The position numbers and the translations under genes are program-made. A DNA stretch of 63,981 nucleotides, filler included, from Choristocarpus tenellus KU-1152 (taxonomy: Eukaryota > Protista > Phaeophyceae): NCBI GenBank assembly GCA_964200185.2. It is 10 parts of 10 records of this genome, joined end to end, with 100 filler letters (N's around TTAATTAATTAA, not from the genome) between each part and the next. Parts side by side here need not be neighbours in the genome. Positions count along the whole stretch, not along the records: positions 1 to 21,774 come from CAXNAD020000325.1; 9 more parts are not named here. One strand, written 5' to 3'. The notes beneath the pieces are model-generated. The model did not search any database. It was not told where the DNA came from and was given only the letters and a program-made list of their open reading frames with translations. Position 1 is the first letter of the stretch. Each line of letters opens with the position of its first letter. Shown here piece after piece: positions 1 through 12,200 of the stretch.

Positions 1-1437
1 CCCCCCACGCTCCCCCCCTCCCCCCCCCCCCCCCCCCTCCCCCTCCCTTTTGCCCCCCCCCCCCCCCCCCCCCCCTGTACCTGTTGCAGGTGCCCTTGTT
101 GGGCACATTCAGAGTTACTATGTCCAGGGATGTTGTTGGAGTTGGGGGAGGTTGTCGTTGTCGTTGTCTCTGTCTTGGCCGCTGGCATGTTCGACATATT
201 TGCCCTGACCAAGGGGGAGGGGATAGGAGGGGAAAAGGTGGGGGGTGGGGAAATGTTTCTTACGTGAAGTATTAGGGGGGAGGATACGTGTCACCTGGAA
301 TGAATGTGTCTTTGTGTGCGTTGTGGACCATTTTTGTGTGTACCTTTTCCTGGTTGAACTGCAAGCAGTCAGTTGCTGTGTTGTTTTGAAGTCATGTATG
401 CGAGAGGGGCTCTGCATTTCAATCGCAACAGTTTTTTCGAACTTAAATCAAAGAAGAAAAGAAGACAAGGACAAAAAGGGCACTGGTAAGGATAACCTGC
501 CTCTGCAAATTGAACGAAATTACAAATCAACCATCATGTACTCACAAATCAACCATAATGCACCCCACACCGTGTAGACTGAGCAATCCAAAAACAGATG
601 CCACCAGAAAGTCAGAGGGTCTCTTTATAACTCAGTGGCACCCCCCTCTAGGTTATTATGATTCTTACTGCTCTTTGTGTTGAGGACCTGGGATGCCACT
701 GTGATATGTGAATTTCCAGTAGTGATGACTGTGGTGCCTAGTCAGTCTACAGTGTTCCACAAGAATGCTTCTGACTGGGGCGACTTATCCCTGCAGCAGT
801 TTGTAGGTTTTGTATTTTGATGTGGCGTTCACTATCCCACCCCCCCCGTCGTGTGGACTACTACACCTTTCTTTTTTTCATCACTGTGTTGAAAGCAGTA
901 AGGAGATACTCCTCTTCTTGGTATGAGGTAGTATTTGGATGTTTCTGTTGTGGATCTTGAGTTCTTGCCACCCTCATTGAACTTGGGTCGAGCACCCTAA
1001 GCCTGTAACCTTAACCTTAACTTTGAAGGCGGCACAGCCTCTCTTGTGTGTGTCCCAATCAAAAGTCCTCTCTTCATTCCCTTACTTGCAATAACCTAAC
1101 GGGAGCAAATGGAATTTTGTCTGTGCAGCTCATTCCTCCCCCACCAACTCTATTTTTTTGCCTAGTCCCGAATGTGTCCCGTCACTGTAACGCCAGTGTG
1201 CTCCTGTGATACTTGGTAGTAGTCGCCAAACAGCCCAGGTCATACCATGATACCATTCACCCGCTCTCACTGCGAAAAAATGTACCAGCACACATAGAAG
1301 TGGTTAGTAACAACGGGGTAGAGTTGTTGAAGGTTAAGAAAAGTGTCGACTCTTATCCTGCCTGCCAACTCTTTAACCCTGCCATAATCCTGGCCAACAT
1401 GGACTTCTACTGGTCCTCATGCTCGTGCTTGGTACAG

Positions 1438-1921
1438 GTCCTAGCCATGAAGCGTAAGTTCAGGTGGTGCCCGTGTGCTTGGTTTGGGTGTTGCCTTGAG
1501 GATGTGGAAGTGTTCCATGGACCGATGGAGCGGGAGCAGCTGATTGGTCGAATCACCCAGCCCCCTTGCGGGGGTTGCTGCACTCCTAGGCTCAATATCT
1601 TCAACGGTGATGGGCAGAAGGAGTTGGGGGTAAAGGGACAGTGCTGTATTGGTGACTTCTGTGGTGCGACTTTTGATGTGGAGGGGAGCGATCACACCAA
1701 GGTGGGAGTAGAGTCGGCCGTATTCAGCTCTTTTATTTTGTTGTTCTATTTTGTTGTTGTAGCTGTTGATGGGGTTGGAGTAGGGGGTTAAGATATTGAT
1801 CACTGTGTTTGTGGGGGGATGGGGGAAGTAGGCAGGGATTGTGATGGAGGTTATGCAGAGGGTGTGTGCGAGTTTGTTGGATAGGAGTCAAAGGTAACAC
1901 AAAAGTAACACAGAGGCATGC

Positions 1922-1955
<34 letters not shown>

Positions 1956-4900
1956 GCGTGTGTGTGTGTGTTTATTTATTTTAGTCTTTTTTGTGATGTG
2001 CAAAAATACATGCTTTTGGTGTTTCTGGAGATCCTTGCAATGCAATTGCTTATACGACCCAGTTAGTACAGCTCACGCGATTGTGCAATATATTCACCGC
2101 ATTAATAGGTGGGAGAGGTGAAGAAGCTGGGATCTGACAGCATCTCTGAGTTTGCAAAGGACACGCTCACTGATGCAGATAGATTTGTCATCACCTTCCC
2201 ACTGGACCTCAAGGTGAGTAGCACACCGGTGGTCTCTACAGGAACATAATATTTGTTCAAAAGGTGTGTATGTCACTCTGGGGTTTGTGTCGTTGGAGTT
2301 GAGCACCTTTCTATGGCGATCATTGCTCAGTCAAGAGGTCACCGCTTCTCATACGTTGAAATTTGAATCATGTACTGGACTGCTTCTTGTAGTGTTGAGA
2401 AGTACTGAAAGGGATTAGTACATGGGCTCCTCTCCATGATAGCCTGTACTATGCTCAAGGCACAGCTTGTAGGTACTGCCGCATTAGAAGTCTTGTTAGT
2501 CATTAGCTTTCATTCATCACTTGTTTTTTGATATTTGATTCATGTGCCTTTTGAACCCTAGCCTATTGATACAAGGGCGCTGGCGTGTAATTTTGAATAG
2601 TGTTTGAAGCATCAAACAAGAAGTTAATCTGAAGGTGCTCTCCCGTTGCTGTTACTGTTGAGGACATGTGAGATTAACCAAGTTGTGTTAGGTTGAGCAT
2701 GAAAAAAGGAGGTTGTACACATGAAAATAAGCTAGAATGGAGGTGCACTGGGTGGTACTGATGTGTACGTACTAATTTGTCTTTTGATTACTTTTTTTGC
2801 TTGAGAAAACAGGCTGTATCCCTATCCCTATATCCCTATCCCTATCACTACGGTATTGTTCGAGATGAAATGTGGATATATCTGTGTATGGTTTAGAGTA
2901 CTGTTTTTTGAGTCTATAGTTGCTCAGTTTTGTAGGATCCACGACCTTACCTTGTTCATGTGCCTTGATCCGAGCAATGCTGAGACTGAAGGGTAGTGAA
3001 TGAAGATGGCATGAACAAGAGTACCAGACCCACACCTAGAAAGAGGATTGTGGAGTTTTTTTACACTGGAACAGTATAGGTCACTTCTTTTTTTCACCCT
3101 TTTATGGACTATTACGTACGATACTGTAAAAAATGTTTGCATTAGGGTTAGGGCTTCCGGTTGAAAAATAGCTCTTTTTGTGGAAAGAAAGCAGAATCAC
3201 ACCCTACATGTGATTTCCTCACCAACAGGGACAGGACCGGCATGTGAAGAAAGCAGAATCACACCCTACATGTGATTTCGTCATCAACAGGGACAGGACC
3301 GGCATGTGAACCCCGAACCTTCTTACTTGAAAACTCCTTGATAGTGCTTGGTGCTATGTTGCTATTGCTTACTTCCTCTGTTAAGCATCGGTTTGAACAC
3401 TTTGCGGAAAAGGGTATGAATTGAATGCACAGGATGGTATCAAAAGTGCTATTACTGATTTTATTAATTAAGGTTGGTGATTGTTTTGATATCCATGGAT
3501 GATCACTTCACCATCTGACGTTTTTTACTCTCAAGGCTGTGTCCATTTTTTATTATAAGGTTTATGCTAGGGATGGTGTTTTGGGGCCCTGTAATACTTG
3601 GCATACTGTACCTTGAGGACAGTAGTAGGGTATATTTCAAGAAACAAGACAATTGACCCCTGTGTATCTTTCAAGATATCACATTCAGGTTTTGTGATGT
3701 GCTTGCCTCTCATCATTCCCTTCCCTGGTGTGTTGATATGGTTGTTGATGATGTTGTTACTTCCCAGGTGGAGTCAAAGGCCACAGCACTGATAGCCTTG
3801 TTGGTGGTGGACTACCTCTTCTTTGAGGTGAGTCATCTGTCGAGGAATGAATATAGGAAATCAATTGATTGTAGTGAGAGGAATGGAGATAGGTACTTTT
3901 TTTTGGATTGTTTCTGATTGGACTTTGTTTTGTGTGACTAAGCGAGATTGGGAGTCTTAACTAACTCATGTGCCTGTGTGATGTACGAGGAGTTTTGTTG
4001 TTAGGGTTAGGGTTACAGGGGGACAGGGGGACAGGATGCAAAGGGCAACGGCTTGTGTAAAGGACAAGTCTGGAAGCAGCAATTTTTAGAGCAGTGAATT
4101 GGAAGAACTTCCTAGTGTCTATTAAATCGCCTTGCAAATTTTTTGCGTACCATGGTTCGATCTGGGCACATGAACGACATCTATGTGTTTGAGCAGTTTT
4201 GGACTAGTTTGTTGAAAGGTTAGGGTTGCGATGTTTATATTTCTTGGGGTAACGGTGAACTGAGTAGGTTGAATTGCCATGATCTTTAGCCAATTCCAAA
4301 CAATATAGTTGTTGGTGTCTTTTTTTGTATTGGTGTGGGCTTTGAAGAGAAAATGAAGTTCTGAATTGCAATTGGAGGAGCAATTGTTGTTGTTGTTGTT
4401 GTGTGTGTGAGGGGAGGACCCTAGCCCTCTCCCAGTATTGTACATGTATTGTAATTGATTTTTAGGGTTAGGGAGGCACAAATTACTTCTGTGTTGGGTT
4501 TGAGTACTCTGAAATGTTCACTATGTAGGAGTGTGTTCATATTGTTGTGTAAGGAAGGCATCACTGTCGATCAGTGATTGACTGTAGATAGTGTGTGATG
4601 TGCTTGGTAAGTGTCTGAAGTATTGGAGGTCCAATAGTATTGAAGCCGCATCAATCTTGATGGTTTGCTTTGTACCTTGTGTGTGATTGAAGTTGTGTTG
4701 TGGTAGTTTGGCAGACTAATGCTGTCAAAACTGGGAATAAGAGAAATTTCTAGAGGTTTTCCCTAGGGCCCTGTTGCTCCGTTGCAAAACATGTGTGCTC
4801 ATTACAGAGTACTAATGTATGGGAGAGTTGAACAAGCTCCCTGATTTTGTCCATGCTTGTGCCCTGCTTGAAGTATATCAAGTGATCTAGTGTCTTTATT

Positions 4901-5550
4901 CCCTCTTGATAGTTCCTATTGATGAGCTGTTATTTTCATCCATGATTTTTGTATTCTCTTTCATATCATTGGTCATTCTGATGCCTCTCATCACATAGAA
5001 AACTTATTGATCAAATAAGTTTTTGAGAAATGACAAGTGTCTGATCCCATTGTTGTTGGAGCAATCATGCTGTAGACCTCACATTTTCCTCTAGTCCTAC
5101 TCCAGTAGCAGCACCCCATCAATTCCACCGAGTTCAAAGTGTATGTTTTCCTATTTTTGGGCCATGTGATGCCAAGACTCTGTGAGTCCATTGACCTGTG
5201 GATTTCCTTAATCCCAATAATGTTTCAACCCAATCATGTTTCAAAATACTACAGTCGATGCAGACAAAGAGAGGATAATTGTAGTACAACAGGCAAGGCA
5301 GAGATGTTACCAGGATAAATAACACCTTGGCCTTTTCCCTTTCTTGCTCTGGTTCTTGTAGAGAGGTGGCGCGGCCAACACTAGTGTTGATGGGAGATGC
5401 ACAGTAGACCTCTGCACTATGTACTGCTGTGGGTGCCCCTGCCCATGCAAGGTTTCGTTTGGGATCCCTAAAGTGGATACAGATGGGGACAAGGAGGAGA
5501 CCAAGGAAGCAGAGGGAGGGGCCCCGGTTTCTGATAAGATAGAACGCTGA
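1438..5550 (+). CDS. PLSCR: Phospholipid scramblase (PLSCR family), 5'-partial, 4 exons
   Basis: Phase-0 GT-AG exons. 1438-1701: VLAMKRKFRWCPCAWFGCCLEDVEV...IGRITQPPCGGCCTPRLNI...GQCCIGDFCGATFDV. 2109-2213: VGEVKKLGSDSISEFAKDTLTDADRFVITFPLDLK. 3768-3827: VESKATALIALLVVDYLFFE. 5362-5550: RGGAAN...CTMYCCGCPCPCK...KIER*. The TDADxF...FPLDL and KA...DYLFFE motifs are PLSCR hallmarks. Upstream exons were not identified. Confidence 0.9.
1923..1970. repeat. (TG)n microsatellite in scramblase intron
   Basis: Direct reading: TG repeats with a few CG interruptions. Confidence 0.9.
3187..3310. repeat. 62-bp tandem duplication (2 copies)
   Basis: GAAAGCAGAATCACACCCTACATGTGATTTC...CATGTGAA at 3187-3248 and 3249-3310, with 2 mismatches. 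Confidence 0.9.
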
Positions 5551-8058
5551 CAAATATGCTGACCCTGGTGCTCTGCAATGCCATGGTAGGGCATGCACCA
5601 GACCTTTGGCAGCATATAGACATGTTTATGAGGTAGCCAATGTGTGTGTTTCTTGGGCAGTGCCAGAAGGGTGCTCGGGGGAGAGTGGCTTGAAGGTTGA
5701 TCAAGGAGGGGAAGTTGGAAGTTTGATGCCTCCCATTGGCTGAATACGATATATAGACCATTCTATAGGTGTACAATGTTGGTTCCTGTTCGTTGAGTAT
5801 CCCTCACCCATTGATCTAGTTGTTTCTATTTTTTATTGGATTAGGGTTGGGGAATGTGACCTATGCGTGGGGGGGGGGGCGTTTAATTCCTTTATAGTCC
5901 GATTAGTGGTGAGTTGGTCCTTTTTGAGTCTTGGAGAGTGGTTTTCATCTTGTGTATTCCTATTTGTTTATTTTTATGTGTGTGGTGTGTTTGAAATGCA
6001 ATGTGCTCAGGTAGATTGGTACCTTTGCTGATGCATTTTTTTCTGTGGAGTTGGATCTTTTAACTCTTTGGTGTGGGGAGTTGTGAGCCCCCATGCAAAG
6101 CACAAATTTGTGATGTATACTGGTAGAGGGGAGCAGAACCCACCCTTCCATGACAGTTGTGGGAAGCGTTCTTGTGAGTTCAAGAGATGGATCAATGAAA
6201 CGCCGTCACAGGTGTGTAGTACTCCTACAGCTGTTGGCCAACTTATTGTGTGCATGCTATGTAGAGTGAGATTTTCTTTTTTAAGAGTTGCTGCTGCTAG
6301 TTGTTGTGGGTGTATGTTGTTACTGGACCAGGTGCTTTTGGAGGTTTGATAGAGGAGGCAATTCCTAACTCTTTTTTTCAACGTTGAGGTAGATTTTGTG
6401 TCACACAGGTTTGTGTATGTGTATTGGAGGTTGAAGGAAGTGGACACCTGACCTATTGCTATTTCTAAGTAGTAAAGTACTTGGTAGTATGTTATTATGC
6501 GCCATTGTTTTTATTATGTTTTTGCTATATAAGCCCTCACTAAATTTTTTGGAACGGTGTCTGCCTTGCTATTTATGCGTTTGATACGGTATACCCTTCT
6601 TTGTTTTTTGTTTACCCCTTTAGCACTCCTGGATGGGTATGTGTGGTTCATTGGTAGATATTTTGACTTGCAGTAAGGCTTTCTTCACTTTTGCCCATTG
6701 GCAGAATGTGGAGTGTGAGTATTTTCTGATTTTTGAATCCATGATAAGTGGATAGATTCAAAACTCCACACAAGATAATCTTCCTCACAGAAAATAATAT
6801 TTGAGCATGCAATCTTTATTGTCCACTCTTAACAGTAGACTGATTATGCAAAGTCCTTGCCTCTGCTTGAGAAGTGGCTTCATCACGAGGGCAAGTGTTC
6901 TGGAAGCAACCAGTTGCATTCTCGGAACTGAAAGGATGACAGAAATATTGGTCATTTTTATGTGTTGGTTGTTCGAGAGCTGGAACTATTGCTATATTAT
7001 TGTGCTGTTATGATGTAGTAGTGCTGACTGTATATCGTACATTTGAAGATTCTATCCATACTTTACGTTACAATGAGGACTACATTTCTTTGATGCTTTC
7101 CGATTTGTGGCCTAGTCCTCTAGATATGTATTTGTTTAGTACACACCTGCTCTGTGGTGGAAGACAGGCCACTTCACTGCCAGGGTTTAGCTCCAGGTGA
7201 ACATCTATTGCGGAAGAGTATGTTTATCCCTGAACTCGGTCTGGGATACTCCAAGATATTGTGGGGCCAAGGATCGATAGAATCCTTGTGCCATTATCTA
7301 CTTCACTCTTTCAAGTTGTTGTTTCTTCAAGTCATGTGGCACAATATGTTGAGGTAAGTGTGTGAGGTAACCTCTTGCCATTTCTTGGGCTAGGGGTAAT
7401 TCACCAATTGAATAATACCCAGATCATACTTTCATATTTGAGCACCATACCTGTTTACCCAAGGCAACCCTCCTCTCTACTTGACCAGAACAAGCACCAC
7501 TGCACTTCAATCCAAAACACATGGAGAACAAAAACCATCTCTTGCTTCTTTCTCCATGAACTCAAATATTCTAAGCTTTGCCCCCTCCCTCAGTCAGGAA
7601 TACGAAATTATCGCCCACAAAAAAAACAGGTTGCTGTGGGGCACCCAACAATAATCCCAAACCCATGCACAAAGCCCCCTTTCTTCAGTTGCAGTCAATA
7701 TTTCTATTCAGCCAAGGAGTGCAATAATAGGCCTCAATGTGCATATTGAAGAAAATACTAGTCTGCAACTACCAGCTAGAAGTCAGCCACCCCAAAATGA
7801 ACTATTAGTTTGGTAAACTTTCCCCAAACCTCTACAATATCCTTTGATTCCACCTATCTATGAAGTTTCCAATGGTGGCGGTGACACTCATGCCAATCTA
7901 CAGATAAGTTTCCACTATGGTGTCCATCTTGTTCTTGATCAACTCATATATCCGAAAGTACAATCTAATCCAAAGCCGATCCCCTCCTGCCTGAAAGCTG
8001 TCGCTTTTGGATGACATGATAATTTAAAGTTGGAGAAGACACTGACAAGATAGTGAGT

Positions 8059-8259
8059 GAGTCAAAGCAATGAGAGGTACCCAGGTTTTGACCTTTGCGC
8101 ATTTTAAGTTTGACTTGAGAGTGTTGATTTCTGCGTTGTTAGAAATTTCTACTCAATTCAGATTTTTTTAATATGCATTTGTAACAGTAGACATTTTTTT
8201 CACGTAGCTGTGATTATCCTAAAAATGCAACTCTGGGTACTTTTTGTTTACTTCGACTC
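8059..8259 (+). mobile_element. MITE family C (internally deleted copy)
   Basis: Imperfect TIR: GAGTCAAAGCAATGAGAGGTACCCAG ... CTGGGTACTTTTTGTTTACTTCGACTC. Homologous to 18556, 22656 and 31017. Confidence 0.75.
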
Positions 8260-8439
8260 AATAGATAGGGTATAGTTGGTTGCAGGCTTTCAATTATCCT
8301 TTCAACCACACCGTGACTGCTAGGATTAAGTTTTGAGGTAGCACCTGGGTGTAGGCAATTGCAAAGGACACCTGGAGGAACAGATGCCAATGTATAAACT
8401 ACTCATCTTCTGTGTACTTGATATATTACAGTATTACCA

Positions 8440-8715
8440 GTTCATACTGACTGTTGATTCGTACATCGGTACTGGTTGTTAGTCACATCTACCTAATTTG
8501 CGCTTCATCATAGCATCATCAACTCCTGTTAGAACATGATGATGGATAGAAAGTATGGAACAGTCGACATCTTCTGTCAAACATACATATTTTATGTCAT
8601 ACGAATTGTCCCAGATATTGATTCGAGTTTGTTTCTTTGTTTTCTTTGCTCTTCACATCAGAACGAACAGTTGCGTATCATATATTGATTATTCTTTTTT
8701 CTCTCGTTGTCTTGC
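8440..8715 (+). repeat. Old dispersed repeat, second copy at ~26150-26430
   Basis: Shared blocks in the same order by eye (TGACTGTTGATT, TTCATCAT, GAACAGTCG, ACAGTTG, TTGATTATT). Heavily diverged. Confidence 0.5.
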
Positions 8716-11382
8716 CCTCCTATTATTGCGCTGTTGCAATGAGGAGGGGGGTAGGGGGGTGATCCTAACTCTTCTTACACTGTCCTGTAGTTACTGTAGG
8801 AGATACTACTTGATTATGGAGGCAGAGCCACTATCGTCAATCCAGGTTAAGAGATGATGAGAAGTACAATAAACACAAAGAGGATATAGTGTGCTAAATT
8901 GGTTCCCTTGAATTTATATACGAATAAGACATTTGCAGGAACTCCTTTTGTTGACATTGAACCAACAGGCAAGTGTTCGGTCAAGGAGTGCATCACATAC
9001 TCTAAACACACGCATCATCAGTGCTTATGTTTGAAATGCTATACCTTCACTATCCCAATTTTTTAAAATCAGTTTTTACACTTTGATGAACCTCTCATTC
9101 ATGCTCTGTGCATGCAGTCAGACATCGTACTATACAATATGTCCTTCATCGCCTGACGATGAGGTGTTTCCTACTCCACAGTCTTGTTGCCCCTCACACG
9201 GCTGGTGTCGGCCTTTGATGAGAAACAATACACTGCAACGAGAATCATACTTCTGTAATGAGGCAGAAGAGTCAGTGCAAAGAGCACAGCCTCTTACCAA
9301 ATCCATTGCAAGAGCTATCCCACCCTAAATCTCTTCTTCATTACTCCCTCACTGTGTTCAAAATGGACAGTGCACCGGTAGAGAGGATGATCATTATTCT
9401 CAATCTCAATACCATTTACCCCAGGAGGAGGAGAGAGACTCTAAACGACAAAGGGAAGCTATCACTGCGGTCGCCAATAAGGCCAAGAGATTACTGACTT
9501 GGCTGGGAGGAGAAGTTACGGTAAGCAGATAGATATCAAGATATCATTTTTGATAAGAATAGTACAACAACCGATTCTGTGTATTTTGTGAAACTGTGCC
9601 TATACACTGGAAAGGAAAATACTACAATATTATTTCCGAAGCATTTTTTTTTTAGTAAACTTGTTATACTATAGGTATTACGAAATATCCTCCTCTCGGA
9701 AACCTACAGCTTTAGAGTGGGCAAACTTGATCATGAAAGGGACAAATTTGGTTGCCATGAGGATGTAGAGTACTTGATCAAATCTACCGGATTTGAAGCA
9801 TTTTCTAAGAGGATGAAACCTTGTTATAACTGTACTGGCTATTCAGAATACATTGATGAAAACTTCTAGTGATGGTAGTGACCTTTTCGGATTTTGCGAA
9901 TTTAATTATCGTGATTGGTCTGGTTCTCAAAGACCTTTGTAGGGTTGGTGATAGTTATGGACCAACAAAATAATTTTTACCAATAACAGGCTGGAGTGTC
10001 ATACTGTAGAGTATTGGCCTCTGCTACTTAGCGGTCCCTTTCATTTTATTTACATCTTTAAAGTCCATGATCTCATCTAATGAGTGCAGGAATCAGATGG
10101 GGTATGTTGGGAAGATTGTTGTACATGATGAAAATGGTTGAACACACCACTATTTCTGAATTTTCCAGAGCTCAACCAATGTTGTTGTGATCTCTCTTTC
10201 TTGAAAATGCGTAGTAAAACATTTTGAACTTGTAGTATTATAAAAGTATTTGTGTGGTTTTCCTTCTGACTGTCACATGAATAAGCAAGGTTGTGGCATC
10301 CCGTCCTTTCTATCCTCTCCAAGGTAGATTACTAGTCTTGTATTTAGGTGTACACAGTATTGTGTTTTCCATTGGCCAATTCACAACCCTCAATATACAT
10401 TGACCCGGTCACTCTCTGCTCCATGCCCTCCAAGCCTCAACTCTGGAAAGTGTCTAAGATGAAGTGATCTTGATACCTTTGGCTACCAAAATATGTGGGT
10501 TGGTCATAATGAACTAACTACCCATGCAGTTGCAAGCCATCTGAATATTCTCCGTGTAGTAAATTCAGAATATTCTGCTCCTCATGCACTGAAGACTGCC
10601 CCCAATCTGGTGATGGGGATGATTCAACAGTGAACGGTCGGCTCGGAGTCGGATGTTCCAGTATCAATTTGGCGTGAGGTAGTGGGGGTTGACATTTAAC
10701 ACAGGGAGCTATGGGTTGAAGAGGGTTACTTGGTTCCATGTTGGGATTTAGGTGATAGTTAGAGCTGTAGGCAAGGATTGGTGAGGTGGGTGTTAGACAG
10801 GGCTAGGAATACGGGTAGGAGTGCTGCTATCACCCAAACAACACACGAGAAGTTGGACCAAACAGGCATCATTCACCATACAGTGCTTTCTGGGGTTGCT
10901 GGCGGTGTTGTGTTGACATTGTTCACTTTGGTGTTTGAGGTGTATGCATACCGCTCAAGTTTTATATCTTACTCCCCTCAATGCAATGTTGCTTTGGTGC
11001 CCGGCAGTGAATGCGGTCATGAGATCTTGTGTGGGGGCCCATCTTTAAAAACTTTCCCCTGTAAACACACACACACTGATGACTACAACATCTTCCAATG
11101 TGACACCCTCCCATTACTCTGGAATTTACTACAAAGGAATTTTGTCCGCTTGCCAGATCCTTTGCATGTTTCTTCAACCACATTCTGTTCATATTTCCTC
11201 TGTATCAAATCTCCATGTATCATACTTCATGGACCTCTCTCAGCATATCTAAATCATTTCCTTCCTCCCAAGGTCACTTCTCTACGCATTCTTGTCTCAA
11301 CCTTCACGGTCTCAAAAGTACCCTTCCTCTACCTGCAGGGTTGTAGCTGCTCTCTCCTCTTGCCGCTGCCTCTGAGCCACAA

Positions 11383-11640
11383 GAATGAAAGTATCTTAGA
11401 GGGTACGAGTATTGCCCTGTTTGACCATTTGGGCTTGGCTTCCTATGGGATTTATTATGACATTTTCATACTCCAAAATGTTTCGGAGTAGGTATAGTGT
11501 ATACGCTATGAAAAGGTGTGCCTGGAACAAGGATATTGACACGTCCTAACAAACACGATAGCCAAAATTATATCAAAATCGCAACATTGGATTTTGACCG
11601 ACAAATGGACGCGGACCTACCCTCTGAGATACATTGGCTC
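11383..11640 (+). mobile_element. MITE family A (~258 bp), 4-bp TSD ACAA
   Basis: GAATGAAAGTATCTTAGAGGGTA ... TACCCTCTGAGATACATTGGCTC, flanked by ACAA on both sides. Confidence 0.9.
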
Positions 11641-11781
11641 ACAAGCAATCCGTATGTCTGATGGACAGTGAAAGAGACGGTGGAACAAATTGTGGTTTGA
11701 GCTACTTTGCACTTCAGAGTATATGGTGGCAACAGTTCTGTTGTTTCCTTTGAAGACCACCAAACTGAGTCTATGACGTCT

Positions 11782-12200
11782 TCATGTCACATGCACCAGG
11801 AGGGAGTAGAAGAGGGCTTCAAGCAACCCTGGAGAACGCACCCATCCTCTTCTTGGCTCGACAAATGAGGATATGTAAGAGCAGCGGGTACTCACATGTT
11901 TTGGTTCATCCCATGCATATGGCACCAAGTAAGTAACAAGTACATCAAGCACTTGTCGTTCCCTGTTCAAGAGTGAATTAATTGTAGGAGTGGTTTTATC
12001 ATCCACATATACCAAAGAATGCACATGTGTATGTATGTACTCGATCCAAACTGGCACATTGAGGCAAGCACCACGGTACGTGGCAGGTGAGGAAAATGAT
12101 GGTACTGCACGATAGTCGGAGACATGTAGGTATCAATACATCCATGAGGAGAATCTATACATTTCCCATCGTCAACTTGGCACAGAAGTTTGATCGATGA
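11782..12200 (-). pseudogene. Possible decayed reverse transcriptase fragment
   Basis: Minus-strand HSLVYVDDK resembles the RT YxDD motif. No other RT motifs could be confirmed. Confidence 0.25.

Noticed and set aside
1-76. Poly-C tracts at both window ends (also 63911-63970) as telomeres or terminal repeats
   Set aside because: They are low-complexity contig ends, likely low-quality or MITE G/C tracts, and they are in direct rather than inverted orientation.
10778-11491. 237-aa plus-strand ORF
   Set aside because: It has no recognisable motifs and runs into a MITE, so it is probably spurious.
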